Source: Candidatus Tanganyikabacteria bacterium (lineage in GTDB: Bacteria > Cyanobacteriota > Sericytochromatia > S15B-MN24 > VGJW01). From it: DNA of 64,000 nt. Positions within the stretch are counted from its first letter, which is position 1, and every line of letters starts with the position of its first letter. The notes below the pieces were generated by a model. That model saw nothing but the letters and a program-made list of their open reading frames with translations. It did not search any database and had not been told where the DNA came from. Where the stretch lies: assembly GCA_016867265.1 (NCBI GenBank), contig VGJW01000015.1, positions 1,056 through 65,055 of the forward strand. The letters run 5' to 3'. Positions 17,441 through 27,604 of the stretch are shown piece by piece. A program made the translations under genes and the position numbers.

Positions 17441-18673
17441 CTAGGGCTGATCGCCCGTGGGGTCCTCGACCTTGAGTTCCGGGTCCTTGGGCTTGAATGC
17501 CGGCGGACGATTGTTGCGCGCAGCGTAAATCAGGCGGCGGAACTCACGCTCGAAGCGCTGGGCAAGCCCTTGGTCGTTCTTGATGATCAAGAACGACTCG
17601 TTGTTCGCGTTCTCGGCATTCTTCGAGTAGTTGTAGGACCCGTTGATGATGGTCTGGCCATCCACCAGGATGATCTTGTGGTGCATCAGGGCCTCGTTGC
17701 CGTCCTTGACGACAGACAACCCGGACATCTTGAACGGGGCATACAGCGAGTACTGGCCGCCTGCGAGCCACCGATCGAAGACGCCGGAGACTTCGACGCC
17801 ATGCTTCGACTTCTGGACCAAGGTCTCGCCGATCTCCTTGTCCGTCAGGGAGAAAGTCATGAAGTGAATCGACTTTCTTGCCTTGCGCAGGACGTCGACG
17901 ACGGCATCGCGACCGCCCCCCTTGGGGGAGAAGTAGAGGCTGACTTCGGCGCCGCCGACGTGGAAGAGACCATCCCCCCCGATGCTGGTCAGCGTGCCCG
18001 CGGGTCCGAAGACGCCATCGACGAACATCGTGTTGAACGTGCGGCGGTAGCGGGACGCGAGCGACTCGCTCTCGAGAACCAGGGCGTTGTTGTTGTGCCG
18101 GAAGAGGCTGCTGGTCGTCAGATTGGTCGAGCCGGTCCATATCGTCTTCTCGTCGATGATCATGAACTTGTTGTGCATGATGGCCGACCGCTGGTCGTCG
18201 CGGATTCTGACGCCCGCCTGCCGCAGCTGGCCGATGGCGAGGCGCTGCTTGGCAGGATTGTCGTGCTCCACCATGTTGTCGCTGTCGGTCGTCAGGCGGA
18301 CCTTGACTCCGCGCTTGGCAGCCCGCACCAGGGCAGCAACGGCGTCGGCATCCGCGATGTCGTAGAACGAACCGTCAATCGACGTCCGGGCCTTGGCAAT
18401 CAGGTCGAAGAAGGACTTGTCGGTGTTCGTGGCGCTGCGGCGTGCCTTGGGTTCATTCGAGGCGATGGTGGAACCGTACGTGTCGTTGAAGTAGACCTGC
18501 AGGCGGCGACCTGCCTGATCCGGTTCGGCACCGAAGGCATCCAGCCCATCGGGTACGGCCACGCTGCCCATTCCCACCACCGAGGGGGTGGAACCGCAAC
18601 CCGCGAGGCCTGCCGTGAGACCCAGCAGGACTGCGATGGCGCGGACCCCGGGGCGAATGTGACGAACGTTCAT
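17441..18673 (-). CDS. secreted phospholipase D-family protein (two HKD motifs), lipoprotein
   Basis: Signal peptide plus lipobox (LAGCGS). HNKFMIIDEKTIWTGSTN and HHKIILVDGQTIINGSYN are the HKD motifs. Confidence 0.8.
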   Translation of the reverse strand: MNVRHIRPGVRAIAVLLGLTAGLAGCGSTPSVVGMGSVAVPDGLDAFGAEPDQAGRRLQVYFNDTYGSTIASNEPKARRSATNTDKSFFDLIAKARTSIDGSFYDIADADAVAALVRAAKRGVKVRLTTDSDNMVEHDNPAKQRLAIGQLRQAGVRIRDDQRSAIMHNKFMIIDEKTIWTGSTNLTTSSLFRHNNNALVLESESLASRYRRTFNTMFVDGVFGPAGTLTSIGGDGLFHVGGAEVSLYFSPKGGGRDAVVDVLRKARKSIHFMTFSLTDKEIGETLVQKSKHGVEVSGVFDRWLAGGQYSLYAPFKMSGLSVVKDGNEALMHHKIILVDGQTIINGSYNYSKNAENANNESFLIIKNDQGLAQRFEREFRRLIYAARNNRPPAFKPKDPELKVEDPTGDQP

Positions 18674-18718
18674 AGGACCTTTATCGCCAACCCGCCAGAA
18701 AAGTTGCCTATCTACGGG

Positions 18719-19303
18719 TTAAGAAACACCCAAGGCCGGAGTGGTGCGTCCCTGCTTCAAAAGCGTGGCCAGGCGAACGACCTCACGCCCCAGGGTCTGC
18801 AGTTGCTGGCCGACGGCGGGGTCGACGGGGACACCGGCGCCATCGAAGGCCTGCCACGCCCGGGAGATGGCCACCACGTAGGGAACGGTCAGGCCGCGCA
18901 AGGCCCGGACGGCGTATTCCATGGTGTTGATCGCCTGCATCCCCTGGGTACCGCCAGCGGCAGCAACCAGGCCGATGGGCACGTCCGAAAGGTAGGGGCG
19001 CGGGTCCTTGGCCAGCAACTCTAGCCAATCGAGTGCGTTCTTGAAGGTCCCGCTGACTGTTCCGTGATAGAGGGGACTGCACCACACCATGGCGTCGGCA
19101 GAGCGGACCTCGGCCAGCAGGCGGGCCACCGACGCATCCTCCTCGCGGTTCCTCGCATCGAAGGGAGGCAGGGCCAACACGTTGAGGTCCAGCAGGACGA
19201 TCGTGGCACCGGCAACCTCGGCCTCGGCCAGGACCTGACGCATCGCGGCCGACGTCACCGAGGCATCACCGAGAGCCCCACCCAGTCCGACCACCTTGAC
19301 CAC
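18719..19303 (-). CDS. NADPH-dependent FMN reductase (flavodoxin-like)
   Basis: KVVGLGGALG...LYHGTVSGTFKNALDWL matches the FMN_red family. The start was moved to the GTG at 19303, which has GGAGGAGG upstream, because the ORF-track TTG start abuts the tRNA. Confidence 0.75.
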   Translation of the reverse strand: MVKVVGLGGALGDASVTSAAMRQVLAEAEVAGATIVLLDLNVLALPPFDARNREEDASVARLLAEVRSADAMVWCSPLYHGTVSGTFKNALDWLELLAKDPRPYLSDVPIGLVAAAGGTQGMQAINTMEYAVRALRGLTVPYVVAISRAWQAFDGAGVPVDPAVGQQLQTLGREVVRLATLLKQGRTTPALGVS

Positions 19304-19342
19304 GACGACCTCCTCCGGGCCCCGCGACCTTGGAGACAAAAG

Positions 19343-19414
19343 CTGGGGCGGTAGGATTCGAACCTACGAATGTCGGCTCCAAAGGCCGATGCCTTACCGC
19401 TTGGCGACGCCCCA
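19343..19414 (-). tRNA. tRNA-Gln (anticodon TTG)
   Basis: On the reverse strand the sequence TGGGGCGTCGCCAAGCGGTAAGGCATCGGCCTTTGGAGCCGACATTCGTAGGTTCGAATCCTACCGCCCCAG has a cloverleaf very close to E. coli tRNA-Gln. The anticodon loop is CTTTGGA and the CCA end is not encoded. Confidence 0.85.
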
Positions 19415-19427
19415 CCAACAAGGGCCA

Positions 19428-19456
19428 ATGTTAGCGAGGGCCGGGGCCGGGGTCAA
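19428..19456 (-). promoter_or_regulatory. putative promoter for tRNA-Gln (TTGACC-N17-TAACAT on the reverse strand)
   Basis: Consensus-like hexamers lie 14 to 42 nt upstream of the tRNA 5' end. Confidence 0.45.
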
Positions 19457-19492
19457 TCCCGCAGCGCCCGTGATACGCTTGGGAGCATGCCG

Positions 19493-20602
19493 ATGGTGCC
19501 TGGCGTTCCCGCCGGCGGCGGACCCGCCATGGTGTTGGCGATCGTCCTGCTGCTGGCCTTGCTCATCTTGCTTCACGAGGCTGGCCACTACTTGGCGGCA
19601 CGGTCCATGGGCGTGCCCGTCCGCCAGTTCGGGATCGGCTTCGGACCCGCGCTCTGGTCGCGGGAGTGGGCCGGGACCCGGTTCAGGTTGAACGCGATCC
19701 CCTTCGGCGGCTACTGCGACCTCTCGCTTCCCCCCGCGGAGGGCAAGGAAGAGACTGAAGACGACGGGGGCATGCCCCGGGACGCCCTCGAGGGGCGCAG
19801 CATCCCCGTCCGCATGTGGGTGATGATCGGCGGCATCGTCTTCAACACGATCGGCGGCTGGCTCTGCGTCGTCGCCCAGCTTGGCCTGCAAGGGATACCT
19901 CACGCCACGCCCCGGGACATCGCGCGCGAGGGCATCGTCATCCAGCAGGTGGCATCCGCGCGGGCCCGCGAAGCCGGTCTTCAGGACGGCGACCGCGTCG
20001 TTGGCGTCGCCGGCAAGCCCTTCAAGGCCATCGAGGACTTCGGTTCGGGCCTGCTGCCTTACGCCGGGGCGACCGTCTCCCTCGAGGTGCGGCGCACGAC
20101 CAGCGGCCGCGATGCCACGCTCTCACTGACCGTCTTTCCGGACGCGCGCGGCAAGCTGGGCGTGGCCATCTCGCCGCCGATGGACATCCGCTACACGCCC
20201 GCCGGCGACCTGCTCGAGTTGCTTCGGGCAAGCGGGTCCCGTACCGTGGACATCGCGATCTCGATGGTCAAGGGACTGGGCATGCTCGTCACGGGCAAGC
20301 TGCCGCTCGACACCGTCGGCGGACCTGTCGCCATCGTGCATCTGGGGAGCCGCATGGTGCATGACTTGGCCCAGTACCTGTTCTTCGCGGCGCTGATCAA
20401 TCTCAACCTGGCCGTCGTCAACTTCCTGCCCCTGCCCGCACTCGATGGCGGACGTCTGCTGCTGCTGGCCATCGAGGCCGTAGTCCGTCGACCGCTGCCA
20501 CGGCGCCTCGAAGGTACCATCCACTCCGCGGGGATGGTCGCCATGCTCGGGCTCATCGCCCTCGTCACCCTCAAGGACATTCTGGAACTCTTCCGCCCAT
20601 GA
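19493..20602 (+). CDS. rseP: RIP zinc metalloprotease RseP (site-2 protease, M50 family) with PDZ domain
   Basis: HEAGH in the first TM segment, a PDZ region and a C-terminal LDGG motif. The start was set to the ATG at 19493 (7-nt spacer after GGGAG) because the ORF-track start at 19370 overlaps the tRNA. Confidence 0.85.
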   Translation: MVPGVPAGGGPAMVLAIVLLLALLILLHEAGHYLAARSMGVPVRQFGIGFGPALWSREWAGTRFRLNAIPFGGYCDLSLPPAEGKEETEDDGGMPRDALEGRSIPVRMWVMIGGIVFNTIGGWLCVVAQLGLQGIPHATPRDIAREGIVIQQVASARAREAGLQDGDRVVGVAGKPFKAIEDFGSGLLPYAGATVSLEVRRTTSGRDATLSLTVFPDARGKLGVAISPPMDIRYTPAGDLLELLRASGSRTVDIAISMVKGLGMLVTGKLPLDTVGGPVAIVHLGSRMVHDLAQYLFFAALINLNLAVVNFLPLPALDGGRLLLLAIEAVVRRPLPRRLEGTIHSAGMVAMLGLIALVTLKDILELFRP

Positions 20603-21903
20603 CCGCATCCGCCACGACCCGCCAAGCCCGCCTCTGGGATGAGGCCCGCACCCTGATGCCCGGGGGCGTCAACAGCCCCGTGCGTGCATTCCGGGCCGTC
20701 GGCGGTGATCCCGTCTTCGTGGCGAAGGCACAGGGCCCTTGGCTCTGGGACGAGGACGGCAACCGCCTAGTCGACTACATCGGGGCATGGGGGCCCGCCA
20801 TCCTCGGGCACGCCGACCCGGACGTGGTCGCGGCCGTGCAGGATGCGACCACCCGAGGCTTTGCCTTCGGCATGCCCAGCGCCGGAGAGAACGTGCTGGC
20901 CCGGATGCTCATTGACGCCGTCCCCTCGCTGGAACGGGTCAGGTTGGTCAACTCGGGGACCGAAGCGGCCATGAGCGCCGTACGCTTGGCTCGCGCCGGG
21001 ACGGGCCGTGAGCGCATCATCAAGTTCATCGGCTGCTACCACGGCCACGTCGATGCATTGCTGGTCCGTGCCGGGTCGGGCGTCGCCACGCTGGGGCTGC
21101 CCGACAGCCCGGGCGTCCCGGCCTCGACCGCGGCGGGCACGCTCGCCCTCCCCTACAACGACCTCGAGGCCGTTGCGGCCGCCTTCGCCGCACACCCCGA
21201 CAGCATCGCCGGCGTCTTCCTCGAACCCGTGGTCGGCAATGCGGGGCTGATTCCGCCCGCCCCCGGCTTCCTCGAGGGCCTGCGCGACCTGTGCACGCAG
21301 TACGGTGCGCTTCTGGTTTTCGATGAGGTGATGACGGGTTTCCGGGTGGCCTACGGCGGTGCGCAGGCCCGCTACGGCGTCACGCCCGACCTGACTTGCC
21401 TGGCCAAGATCGTCGGGGGCGGCGTCCCCTGCGGTGCCTACGGCGGCCGCGCCGACCTGATGGCGATGGTGGCTCCCGAGGGCCCGATGTACCAGGCCGG
21501 GACGATGTCGGGTAACCCGGTGGCCGTGGCCGGAGGCCTTGCCACGCTGCGCAAGCTGGCCGCGCCGGGCTTCTACGAGGCCCTCGAGGCGACTTCGGCC
21601 GCCGTAGAGGCCGCCATGACCGAGGAGGCTGCCCGGGCAGGCGCCACCGTCACGATTCAGCGCGTAGGCTCGATGCTGACTGTCTTCTTCGGCGATGGAC
21701 CCGTCACCGACTGGGACAGCGCCGCGCGCTCCGATACGGGCGCCTTTGCCCGCTTCCATCAGGCCATGCGGGCCCACGGCGTCATGCTGCCACCCTCGCA
21801 ATATGAATCCTGGTTCGTCTCGGCAACGCACGACGACGAGACGCTGGCACAGACCCGCAAGGCTGCGGCTGCAGCCTTCGAGGCAGTCGTGCGGAGGGCA
21901 TGA
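20599..21903 (+). CDS. hemL: glutamate-1-semialdehyde 2,1-aminomutase
   Basis: Full-length HemL similarity (GVNSPVRAF...KFIGCYHGH...). The ATGA overlaps rseP. Confidence 0.9.
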   Translation: MTASATTRQARLWDEARTLMPGGVNSPVRAFRAVGGDPVFVAKAQGPWLWDEDGNRLVDYIGAWGPAILGHADPDVVAAVQDATTRGFAFGMPSAGENVLARMLIDAVPSLERVRLVNSGTEAAMSAVRLARAGTGRERIIKFIGCYHGHVDALLVRAGSGVATLGLPDSPGVPASTAAGTLALPYNDLEAVAAAFAAHPDSIAGVFLEPVVGNAGLIPPAPGFLEGLRDLCTQYGALLVFDEVMTGFRVAYGGAQARYGVTPDLTCLAKIVGGGVPCGAYGGRADLMAMVAPEGPMYQAGTMSGNPVAVAGGLATLRKLAAPGFYEALEATSAAVEAAMTEEAARAGATVTIQRVGSMLTVFFGDGPVTDWDSAARSDTGAFARFHQAMRAHGVMLPPSQYESWFVSATHDDETLAQTRKAAAAAFEAVVRRA

Positions 21904-22595
21904 GTCGTCCTGACGCCGTCCGCGGCGAGGATCTGGTCCGCAGCTACGCCCAGGGAGAAGGCGCGGTCCATGCCCTTGCCGGCGTCAGCATGCGGATTCC
22001 CCACGGTGCCTGGGTCGCCATCACGGGTTCCAGCGGCTCGGGCAAGTCGACGCTGCTCAACCTGCTGGGCTGTCTCGACCGCCCGACGTCAGGCCACCTC
22101 GCCATCGACGGCAACGACGTCGCGGCCCTCGACGACGCCGGCCTCGCCCGCCTGCGGAACCGACACCTCGGCTTTGTCTTCCAACAGTTCCATCTGCTGT
22201 CAAGGACCTCGGCCGAGGAGAATGTCGCCCTGCCGCTCGTCTATGCCGGTGTTGCCCGCCCCGAAAGGCTGGCGCGTGCCCGGGAAGCCCTGGACCGGGT
22301 CGGTCTCGCCGACAGGCGGACGCACTGGCCCAGCCAACTGTCCGGGGGCCAGCAGCAACGCGTGGCCATCGCGAGAGCCCTCGTGACCCGGCCGACGCTC
22401 CTGCTGGCCGACGAACCGACAGGTGCCCTGGACTCCCGGACGAGCGAAGAGATTCTCGATCTGTTTGCCGACCTGCACCGTCAGGGCGCGACCGTCGTGA
22501 TGGTGACGCATGACCCGGCGGTGGCGGCCCGGGCGAGCCGACGCCTGGTGCTGGCGGATGGTCGGATCGCAAGCGACGACGGAAGCCTGTCATGA
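21900..22595 (+). CDS. ABC transporter ATP-binding protein (MacB/LolD/FtsE-type)
   Basis: Walker [10 protein letters not shown], the signature [15 protein letters not shown] and Walker [13 protein letters not shown]-coupled to hemL. Confidence 0.85.
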   Translation: MSRPDAVRGEDLVRSYAQGEGAVHALAGVSMRIPHGAWVAITGSSGSGKSTLLNLLGCLDRPTSGHLAIDGNDVAALDDAGLARLRNRHLGFVFQQFHLLSRTSAEENVALPLVYAGVARPERLARAREALDRVGLADRRTHWPSQLSGGQQQRVAIARALVTRPTLLLADEPTGALDSRTSEEILDLFADLHRQGATVVMVTHDPAVAARASRRLVLADGRIASDDGSLS

Positions 22596-23893
22596 CCAAG
22601 CCCAGCCGCATCGCGGCGTTGACCCTGCTGACCTTCCTGTTGGCGACGGCCCGGGCTGTCGCCAACCCCGAAGCCCTGGACTTGGGCCGACTGCTCGACA
22701 GGGTACGCGCGACCCATCCGGAAGTGGCTCTGGCCCGGATCAGCCAACTGCGCGCGCAGTTGGAGCGCCAGGTCGCGACCGAAGGCCGCTGGACCGGCCG
22801 TGTCGGCCTCGACGGGTTCGGCGTGGCCAACCAGCGCCTGCCCTTGAGCGGCACGGCGCCCGACCCCTCGGGATTCAGCCAGGGCACGCTCTCGGCTGAA
22901 GGCCGCCTCGTGCTGCTCGACGGCGGTCGGCTCGGCTATGCCGATGCTGCAGCGGCCGCCGGGGAACAGGCCGCAGGGGCCCGCGCCGGGACAGCGCTCA
23001 GGGATCTTGCGGACGGCGTCATTCGTGGCTTCTGGGATCTGCGCCGTGCCGAACTGCTGCGGCAGGTCGCTCAGCAGCAGGTCCAGCAGGCCCGTGCCAC
23101 CTGGGAGGCAGGCCAGGCCGACCTGGCCCACGGCCGCAGGGCTGCGGGCGACGTGGCGGGACTCGAGGCGGCGCACCTTGCCGCCGAATCTGCGTGGCAC
23201 AGGCAGGATCAGACCGTCGCCGAATTCAGGGCGCGCCTTGCTGCCTTGGTGGGCCTGAGTGATGATGCGTGGACCCTCGCGGCGACACCCGTGGCCCCCG
23301 ACAGCCTTCCCGAAGCCTCGGGCAGCTGGCAAGCCAGACCGGAATGGCTGGCCCAGCGCGCCGCGGTCGAGCAGGCCCAGGCGCGACTCGGCGAGGCAGC
23401 CGCAGCGCTCGCTCCGACTGTCGGCCTGTCGGGACGCCTCGAGACCGGAAACGGCCTCGTGCGACCGGACATCCAGCTGCGGACGACGGACCCCTTGGCC
23501 TCGCAATGGAGCCTGCGCCTCGACGTGGCCTGGCCCTGGCTGGACAACGGACGTGCGGGCCGGGCGGCCGAGCGCGCGCGACTCGACCTGCTCGAGGCCG
23601 ACCAGCGAGCAGAACGCCTGCGACGCGATCTCGAACGGGACGAACGCCTGGCCCGCGAGCGCCTGCGCCAGGCGCTGCTGCGCCTGAAACTTCAGGACCG
23701 TGCGGTGGTGGTGGTCGGCCAGGCGCACGCGCTGACAGCCACCCGCTTCAGGCAGGGCCTTGCACTGCCCGTCGAGCTGGAATCGGCCCGCACCCGTCTC
23801 GCCCAGGCCCAGGCCGACCGGATCGATGCCGGCATTGAGGGCATGGTCGCCCATTGGGATCTGGCCCTCGCTCTCGGCAAGGAGAATCCATGA
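22592..23893 (+). CDS. TolC-like outer membrane efflux protein (OEP family)
   Basis: A signal peptide and long coiled/alpha-barrel repeats with OEP-like periodicity. ATGA-coupled. Confidence 0.7.
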   Translation: MTKPSRIAALTLLTFLLATARAVANPEALDLGRLLDRVRATHPEVALARISQLRAQLERQVATEGRWTGRVGLDGFGVANQRLPLSGTAPDPSGFSQGTLSAEGRLVLLDGGRLGYADAAAAAGEQAAGARAGTALRDLADGVIRGFWDLRRAELLRQVAQQQVQQARATWEAGQADLAHGRRAAGDVAGLEAAHLAAESAWHRQDQTVAEFRARLAALVGLSDDAWTLAATPVAPDSLPEASGSWQARPEWLAQRAAVEQAQARLGEAAAALAPTVGLSGRLETGNGLVRPDIQLRTTDPLASQWSLRLDVAWPWLDNGRAGRAAERARLDLLEADQRAERLRRDLERDERLARERLRQALLRLKLQDRAVVVVGQAHALTATRFRQGLALPVELESARTRLAQAQADRIDAGIEGMVAHWDLALALGKENP

Positions 23894-25140
23894 ACCGCAG
23901 CCTGCTGATCGCCGCAGCGCTCGTGCCCGTCGTCGGCGTGGCCGGATGGTTGCTGCGTCCGCGTCCTGACCGCGCCGGCAGCGCGGATGTCGTCACCGTG
24001 AGCCGGGGCAGCCTCAAGGTCGATCTGGCCGAGACGGGCACCGTGCAGCCGCTGGTCAAGGTCGACATCAAGAGCCGCATCGCCGGGCCGGTCGCGAGGC
24101 TCGATGTCGATGCGGGCAGCCGTGTCCGCAAGGGCGACATCCTGATGGTTCTCGACACCACCGACTTGGACCGCAACCGGGCCCAGGCCAAGGCCGACCT
24201 GGCTGCGGCACAGGCCCGACTGGACCGCCTGATGGCCGGTCCGAGGCCGGAAGAGATCGCGGCCGCGCGGGCCGAAGTGCGCGTGGCCGAGGCCGAGCTT
24301 GCCCGGGCCCATGACGAAGCCCAGCGCAGCAGAGCCGCCGCGCAGACGCAGACCCTGACGCCTCGGGAACTCGACATGGCCCAACGGGACCTCGATGCGG
24401 CCCGGGCGCGTCGGGACGCAGCCACGGCGCGTCTCGCGATGCTGACCAAGGGCAGCCGCGCCGAGGACATTCGTGAGGCGCGTGCCCAGCGGGACCGCAT
24501 GGGCGTCGTGGTGGCGTCGGCCGAGGATCAACTGCGTTACGCAACCCTGCGATCCCCGCTCGAGGGTGTCGTGATCCGGCGTGGCATCGAGGTCGGGGAG
24601 ATGGTCAGCCCGGGTGTCTCCGCCCTGGCGCAGAGCAATGCCATCTTGACCGTGGCCGACTTGCGCCGCCTGATCATCCAGAGCAACGTGGGCCAAGTCG
24701 ACGTCGGTCGCCTCCGCGTCGGCATGCCCGTGACCGTTCGCGTGGACGCCTTGGGTGACACGGGACTCGAGGGCCGGATCCACCGCATCGCCCCGGCCGC
24801 CGAGGCCCTGAAGGACGGCCTGCAGACCTTTGCCGTCGACACCCTCGTGACGGGTCCCGGGACGGCAAGGCTGCGCCCGGGGATGACGGCGGACCTCGAC
24901 ATCCATGTCGCCGTGCGCGACCAGGTGTTGCTGCTGCCTGTCGAGGCGTTGCTCGACCGCAAGGGCAGCAACGCGACCGTGCGCCTCGCCGACTCCGGCA
25001 AGAAGGGCGGGAAGGCCGGCAAGCGCGAGATTCGCCTCGGCCTCTCCAGCGACAGCGAGGTCGAGGTCTTGTCGGGCCTCGATGAAGGGACCGAGGTCCG
25101 CATCGCGCCGCCTGCGGTCGACAACGCCCTGAAGATGTGA
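23890..25140 (+). CDS. HlyD/MacA-family periplasmic adaptor subunit
   Basis: An N-terminal TM segment, a long coiled-coil (AKADLAAAQARLDRL...) and a C-terminal beta-barrel. The ATG at 23890 has AAGGAGAA upstream and overlaps the tolC stop. Confidence 0.75.
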   Translation: MNRSLLIAAALVPVVGVAGWLLRPRPDRAGSADVVTVSRGSLKVDLAETGTVQPLVKVDIKSRIAGPVARLDVDAGSRVRKGDILMVLDTTDLDRNRAQAKADLAAAQARLDRLMAGPRPEEIAAARAEVRVAEAELARAHDEAQRSRAAAQTQTLTPRELDMAQRDLDAARARRDAATARLAMLTKGSRAEDIREARAQRDRMGVVVASAEDQLRYATLRSPLEGVVIRRGIEVGEMVSPGVSALAQSNAILTVADLRRLIIQSNVGQVDVGRLRVGMPVTVRVDALGDTGLEGRIHRIAPAAEALKDGLQTFAVDTLVTGPGTARLRPGMTADLDIHVAVRDQVLLLPVEALLDRKGSNATVRLADSGKKGGKAGKREIRLGLSSDSEVEVLSGLDEGTEVRIAPPAVDNALKM

Positions 25141-26369
25141 TGGTCCTCGAACACATCCGGCAGGCCATGGCCCAAATGGCCGCATCCCGCGCCCGCACCG
25201 CACTTACGGTGCTCGCCATCGCCATCGGTGTCCTGTCCGTAGTGCTGCTGGTCAGCCTGGGCCAGAGTGCGCTGGTCTCGCTGACCCGGGGCATCGAGGC
25301 CATCGGGGGGACACGCATCGTGATAGTCTGGCCGGACGCGCCCCAGGTTGCGGCAATGAAGCAGGCCTCCTACACCGATGGTCTGACGCTCGCCGACGCG
25401 CGCGCCCTGCGCGCCAGACTGCCGCGTGTTGCCAGCGTGGCCCCTGTCGCTGGAGGCGGCGAAGACAGCGAGGCCGTCCACGCCGGCGGCGGCCGGATGG
25501 CACGCCTCGACATCGCAGGCGTCGACGAGGCCTACATCTCTGGCCACGCCCTGAAGGTACAGGAAGGCCGAGATCTCACGGCCGGGGACCTCGATCGCCG
25601 GGAGCACGTCTGCATCCTGGGCCGGCTGGCTGCGGACCGGCTGTTTCCTGACGGCCGGGCCGTGGGCCGGGAAGTCAGGGTCGCAGACACCCGCTACCGC
25701 GTCGTGGGCACGCTGGCGATGGCCCTGAAAGCCGGCATGCGTTTCGGCACGGACTGGAACGAAGTCGTCCTGCTGCCGCTGACCGTCGCCTCTCCGGAAG
25801 GGCGGCTGCGCATGATTTCGGTGACGACGACAGCCTCTCGCCACAATCCCGAGGTCGTGGCCCTTGCCAACAGTCTGCTGCTGCATCGCCATCGCCAGGT
25901 CGACGACTTCCAGTTCCTCGATCTGGGCACCATGATCGCGGGCTACTACAAGGCCTACGACGCGATGATCCTCGTGGTGGGCCTGCTCGCAGGCGTCAGC
26001 CTCGTCATCGGTGGCGTCGGCATCACGAACATGATGCTCGTCGGCGTCGTCGAACGGACCCGTGAGATTGGCCTGCGCATCGCCCTCGGGGCGCCTGCCG
26101 GCACCATCCGCCAACAGTTCCTGATCGAAGCCCTGGTGTTGGCGTGCGTCGGTGGCCTGGCGGGCCTTGGCGCGGGCGTGGGAATCGTTTCCCTTCTGGC
26201 GTCGATCGTGCCCCGGTTCCAGCCCGAGTGGACGGTGGTGCTGAGTTGGCCGGCCGTCGGTGCCGCGGTGTTCGCGACGCTCGCGACCGGCGTGGCCTTC
26301 GGCTGGATGCCCGCGCGTCGGGCGGCGGCACTGGACCCTGTCGCGGCGCTTCGCGGGGATGCGGCATGA
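25137..26369 (+). CDS. ABC transporter permease, FtsX/MacB-type (1 of 2)
   Basis: An MacB-like periplasmic domain followed by an FtsX 4-TM region. GTG/ATG-coupled to macA. Confidence 0.75.
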   Translation: MMVLEHIRQAMAQMAASRARTALTVLAIAIGVLSVVLLVSLGQSALVSLTRGIEAIGGTRIVIVWPDAPQVAAMKQASYTDGLTLADARALRARLPRVASVAPVAGGGEDSEAVHAGGGRMARLDIAGVDEAYISGHALKVQEGRDLTAGDLDRREHVCILGRLAADRLFPDGRAVGREVRVADTRYRVVGTLAMALKAGMRFGTDWNEVVLLPLTVASPEGRLRMISVTTTASRHNPEVVALANSLLLHRHRQVDDFQFLDLGTMIAGYYKAYDAMILVVGLLAGVSLVIGGVGITNMMLVGVVERTREIGLRIALGAPAGTIRQQFLIEALVLACVGGLAGLGAGVGIVSLLASIVPRFQPEWTVVLSWPAVGAAVFATLATGVAFGWMPARRAAALDPVAALRGDAA

Positions 26370-27604
26370 CGTGGGGCGACCAGTGGCAACTGGTGCTCGA
26401 GGCCATCGTGCGCCACCGCTTCCGCAGCCTGCTGACGCTGCTGGGGATCATTCTTGGAGTCGGCACCCTGGTGGCGTTGTCCAGTACGGTCCGCAGCGCG
26501 GAGCACTATCTTGCCCGCAGCCTGCAGCAAGCTTCGGGGGAGGATGTCTTCAGCCTGTCGCGCAAGTGGCAGGAGGACCCCGGAACTGCAGCGGCACCGC
26601 CCTTGTCCCGCCTGGACGCCCGCGCCCTTCGCGCCACGGAACGCCTGTCCGGAACCACCGTCTTGGGCCGGCACGTCAAGCGGGTCCGGTGGGGTGAACG
26701 CTTCGGCCAGGGCATCACGGTCGTGGGCACGCGACCCGAGGCCCTGGGCTTCTACAGGCTGGAGTTGCGCCGGGGCAGATTCCTGACGCCTCAGGACTTG
26801 GACGACAGGGCCCAGGTTGCCGTGGTCGGGGCCAAGGCGGCCCGGGGCCTTGCTGCGCGACAGGGACCGATCCGCGTCGGCGGCTGGATTCGCCTGGACG
26901 GACACCGCTACCGGGTCGTGGGCATCCTCGCGCGGAAACCGGCTGTCCAAGGCCAGAGCTTCTTCACTTGGGACGGATCTGTGCTGGTCCCGGAGACACG
27001 TTTCCAGGAACATTTCGCCAGCATCAAGGACCTTCGCGAGATCGTGGTGCGCGCAACGCAGGAGACGCTCGAGGCAAGGCCTCTGGCCAGCCTGGTGCAC
27101 GCCGCCCGGGCGATTGTCACGTGGCGCCACGGAGGCGTCCAGAATTTCAAGGTGACGGACCCCCGCGAGAACCAGTCCTCGGTGCGGCTGGCGTCGGCCA
27201 TCGGCCTCGGGCTCGAAGTCGTCATCGCCAGTGTCTGCCTGCTGGTAGGCGGCATGAACCTGATGAACGTGCTGCTGTTCTCGACGCTGCAACGCACGCC
27301 GGAAATTGCCCTCAGGCGTGCGCTCGGGGCGACGCGGCAGGATATCCTCGTGATGTTCCTGGGCGAGGCCATGCTGCTTGCCGTGCTGGGAGCCGTGGTG
27401 GGTGTCGGCGGCGGCCTGCTCGTGGCCGGGCTGGGCTCGTGGGTCCTCGGGCAGGTGCTGGGCTCCTGGACCTTCTCGTGGCCATGGACGGCCGTGGCGG
27501 CCGGAGTCGCCGCGGCCCTCGCCACCGGGGCCGTGTTCGGGGCAAGGCCGGCACTCTCCGCGGCCGGGCTCGATCCGGCGCAAGCCCTCAGGAGGGAAGG
27601 ATGA
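26366..27604 (+). CDS. ABC transporter permease, FtsX/MacB-type (2 of 2)
   Basis: A paralogue of the previous gene. Its ATG at 26366 overlaps the preceding stop (ATGA). Confidence 0.75.
   Translation: MTWGDQWQLVLEAIVRHRFRSLLTLLGIILGVGTLVALSSTVRSAEHYLARSLQQASGEDVFSLSRKWQEDPGTAAAPPLSRLDARALRATERLSGTTVLGRHVKRVRWGERFGQGITVVGTRPEALGFYRLELRRGRFLTPQDLDDRAQVAVVGAKAARGLAARQGPIRVGGWIRLDGHRYRVVGILARKPAVQGQSFFTWDGSVLVPETRFQEHFASIKDLREIVVRATQETLEARPLASLVHAARAIVTWRHGGVQNFKVTDPRENQSSVRLASAIGLGLEVVIASVCLLVGGMNLMNVLLFSTLQRTPEIALRRALGATRQDILVMFLGEAMLLAVLGAVVGVGGGLLVAGLGSWVLGQVLGSWTFSWPWTAVAAGVAAALATGAVFGARPALSAAGLDPAQALRREG

Noticed and set aside
19370-19492. ORF-track start of rseP at 19370, and the TTG start of the FMN reductase at 19339.
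   Set aside because: Both would overlap or abut the reverse-strand tRNA-Gln (19343-19414). Internal starts with proper SD spacing (19493 and 19303) are more plausible.
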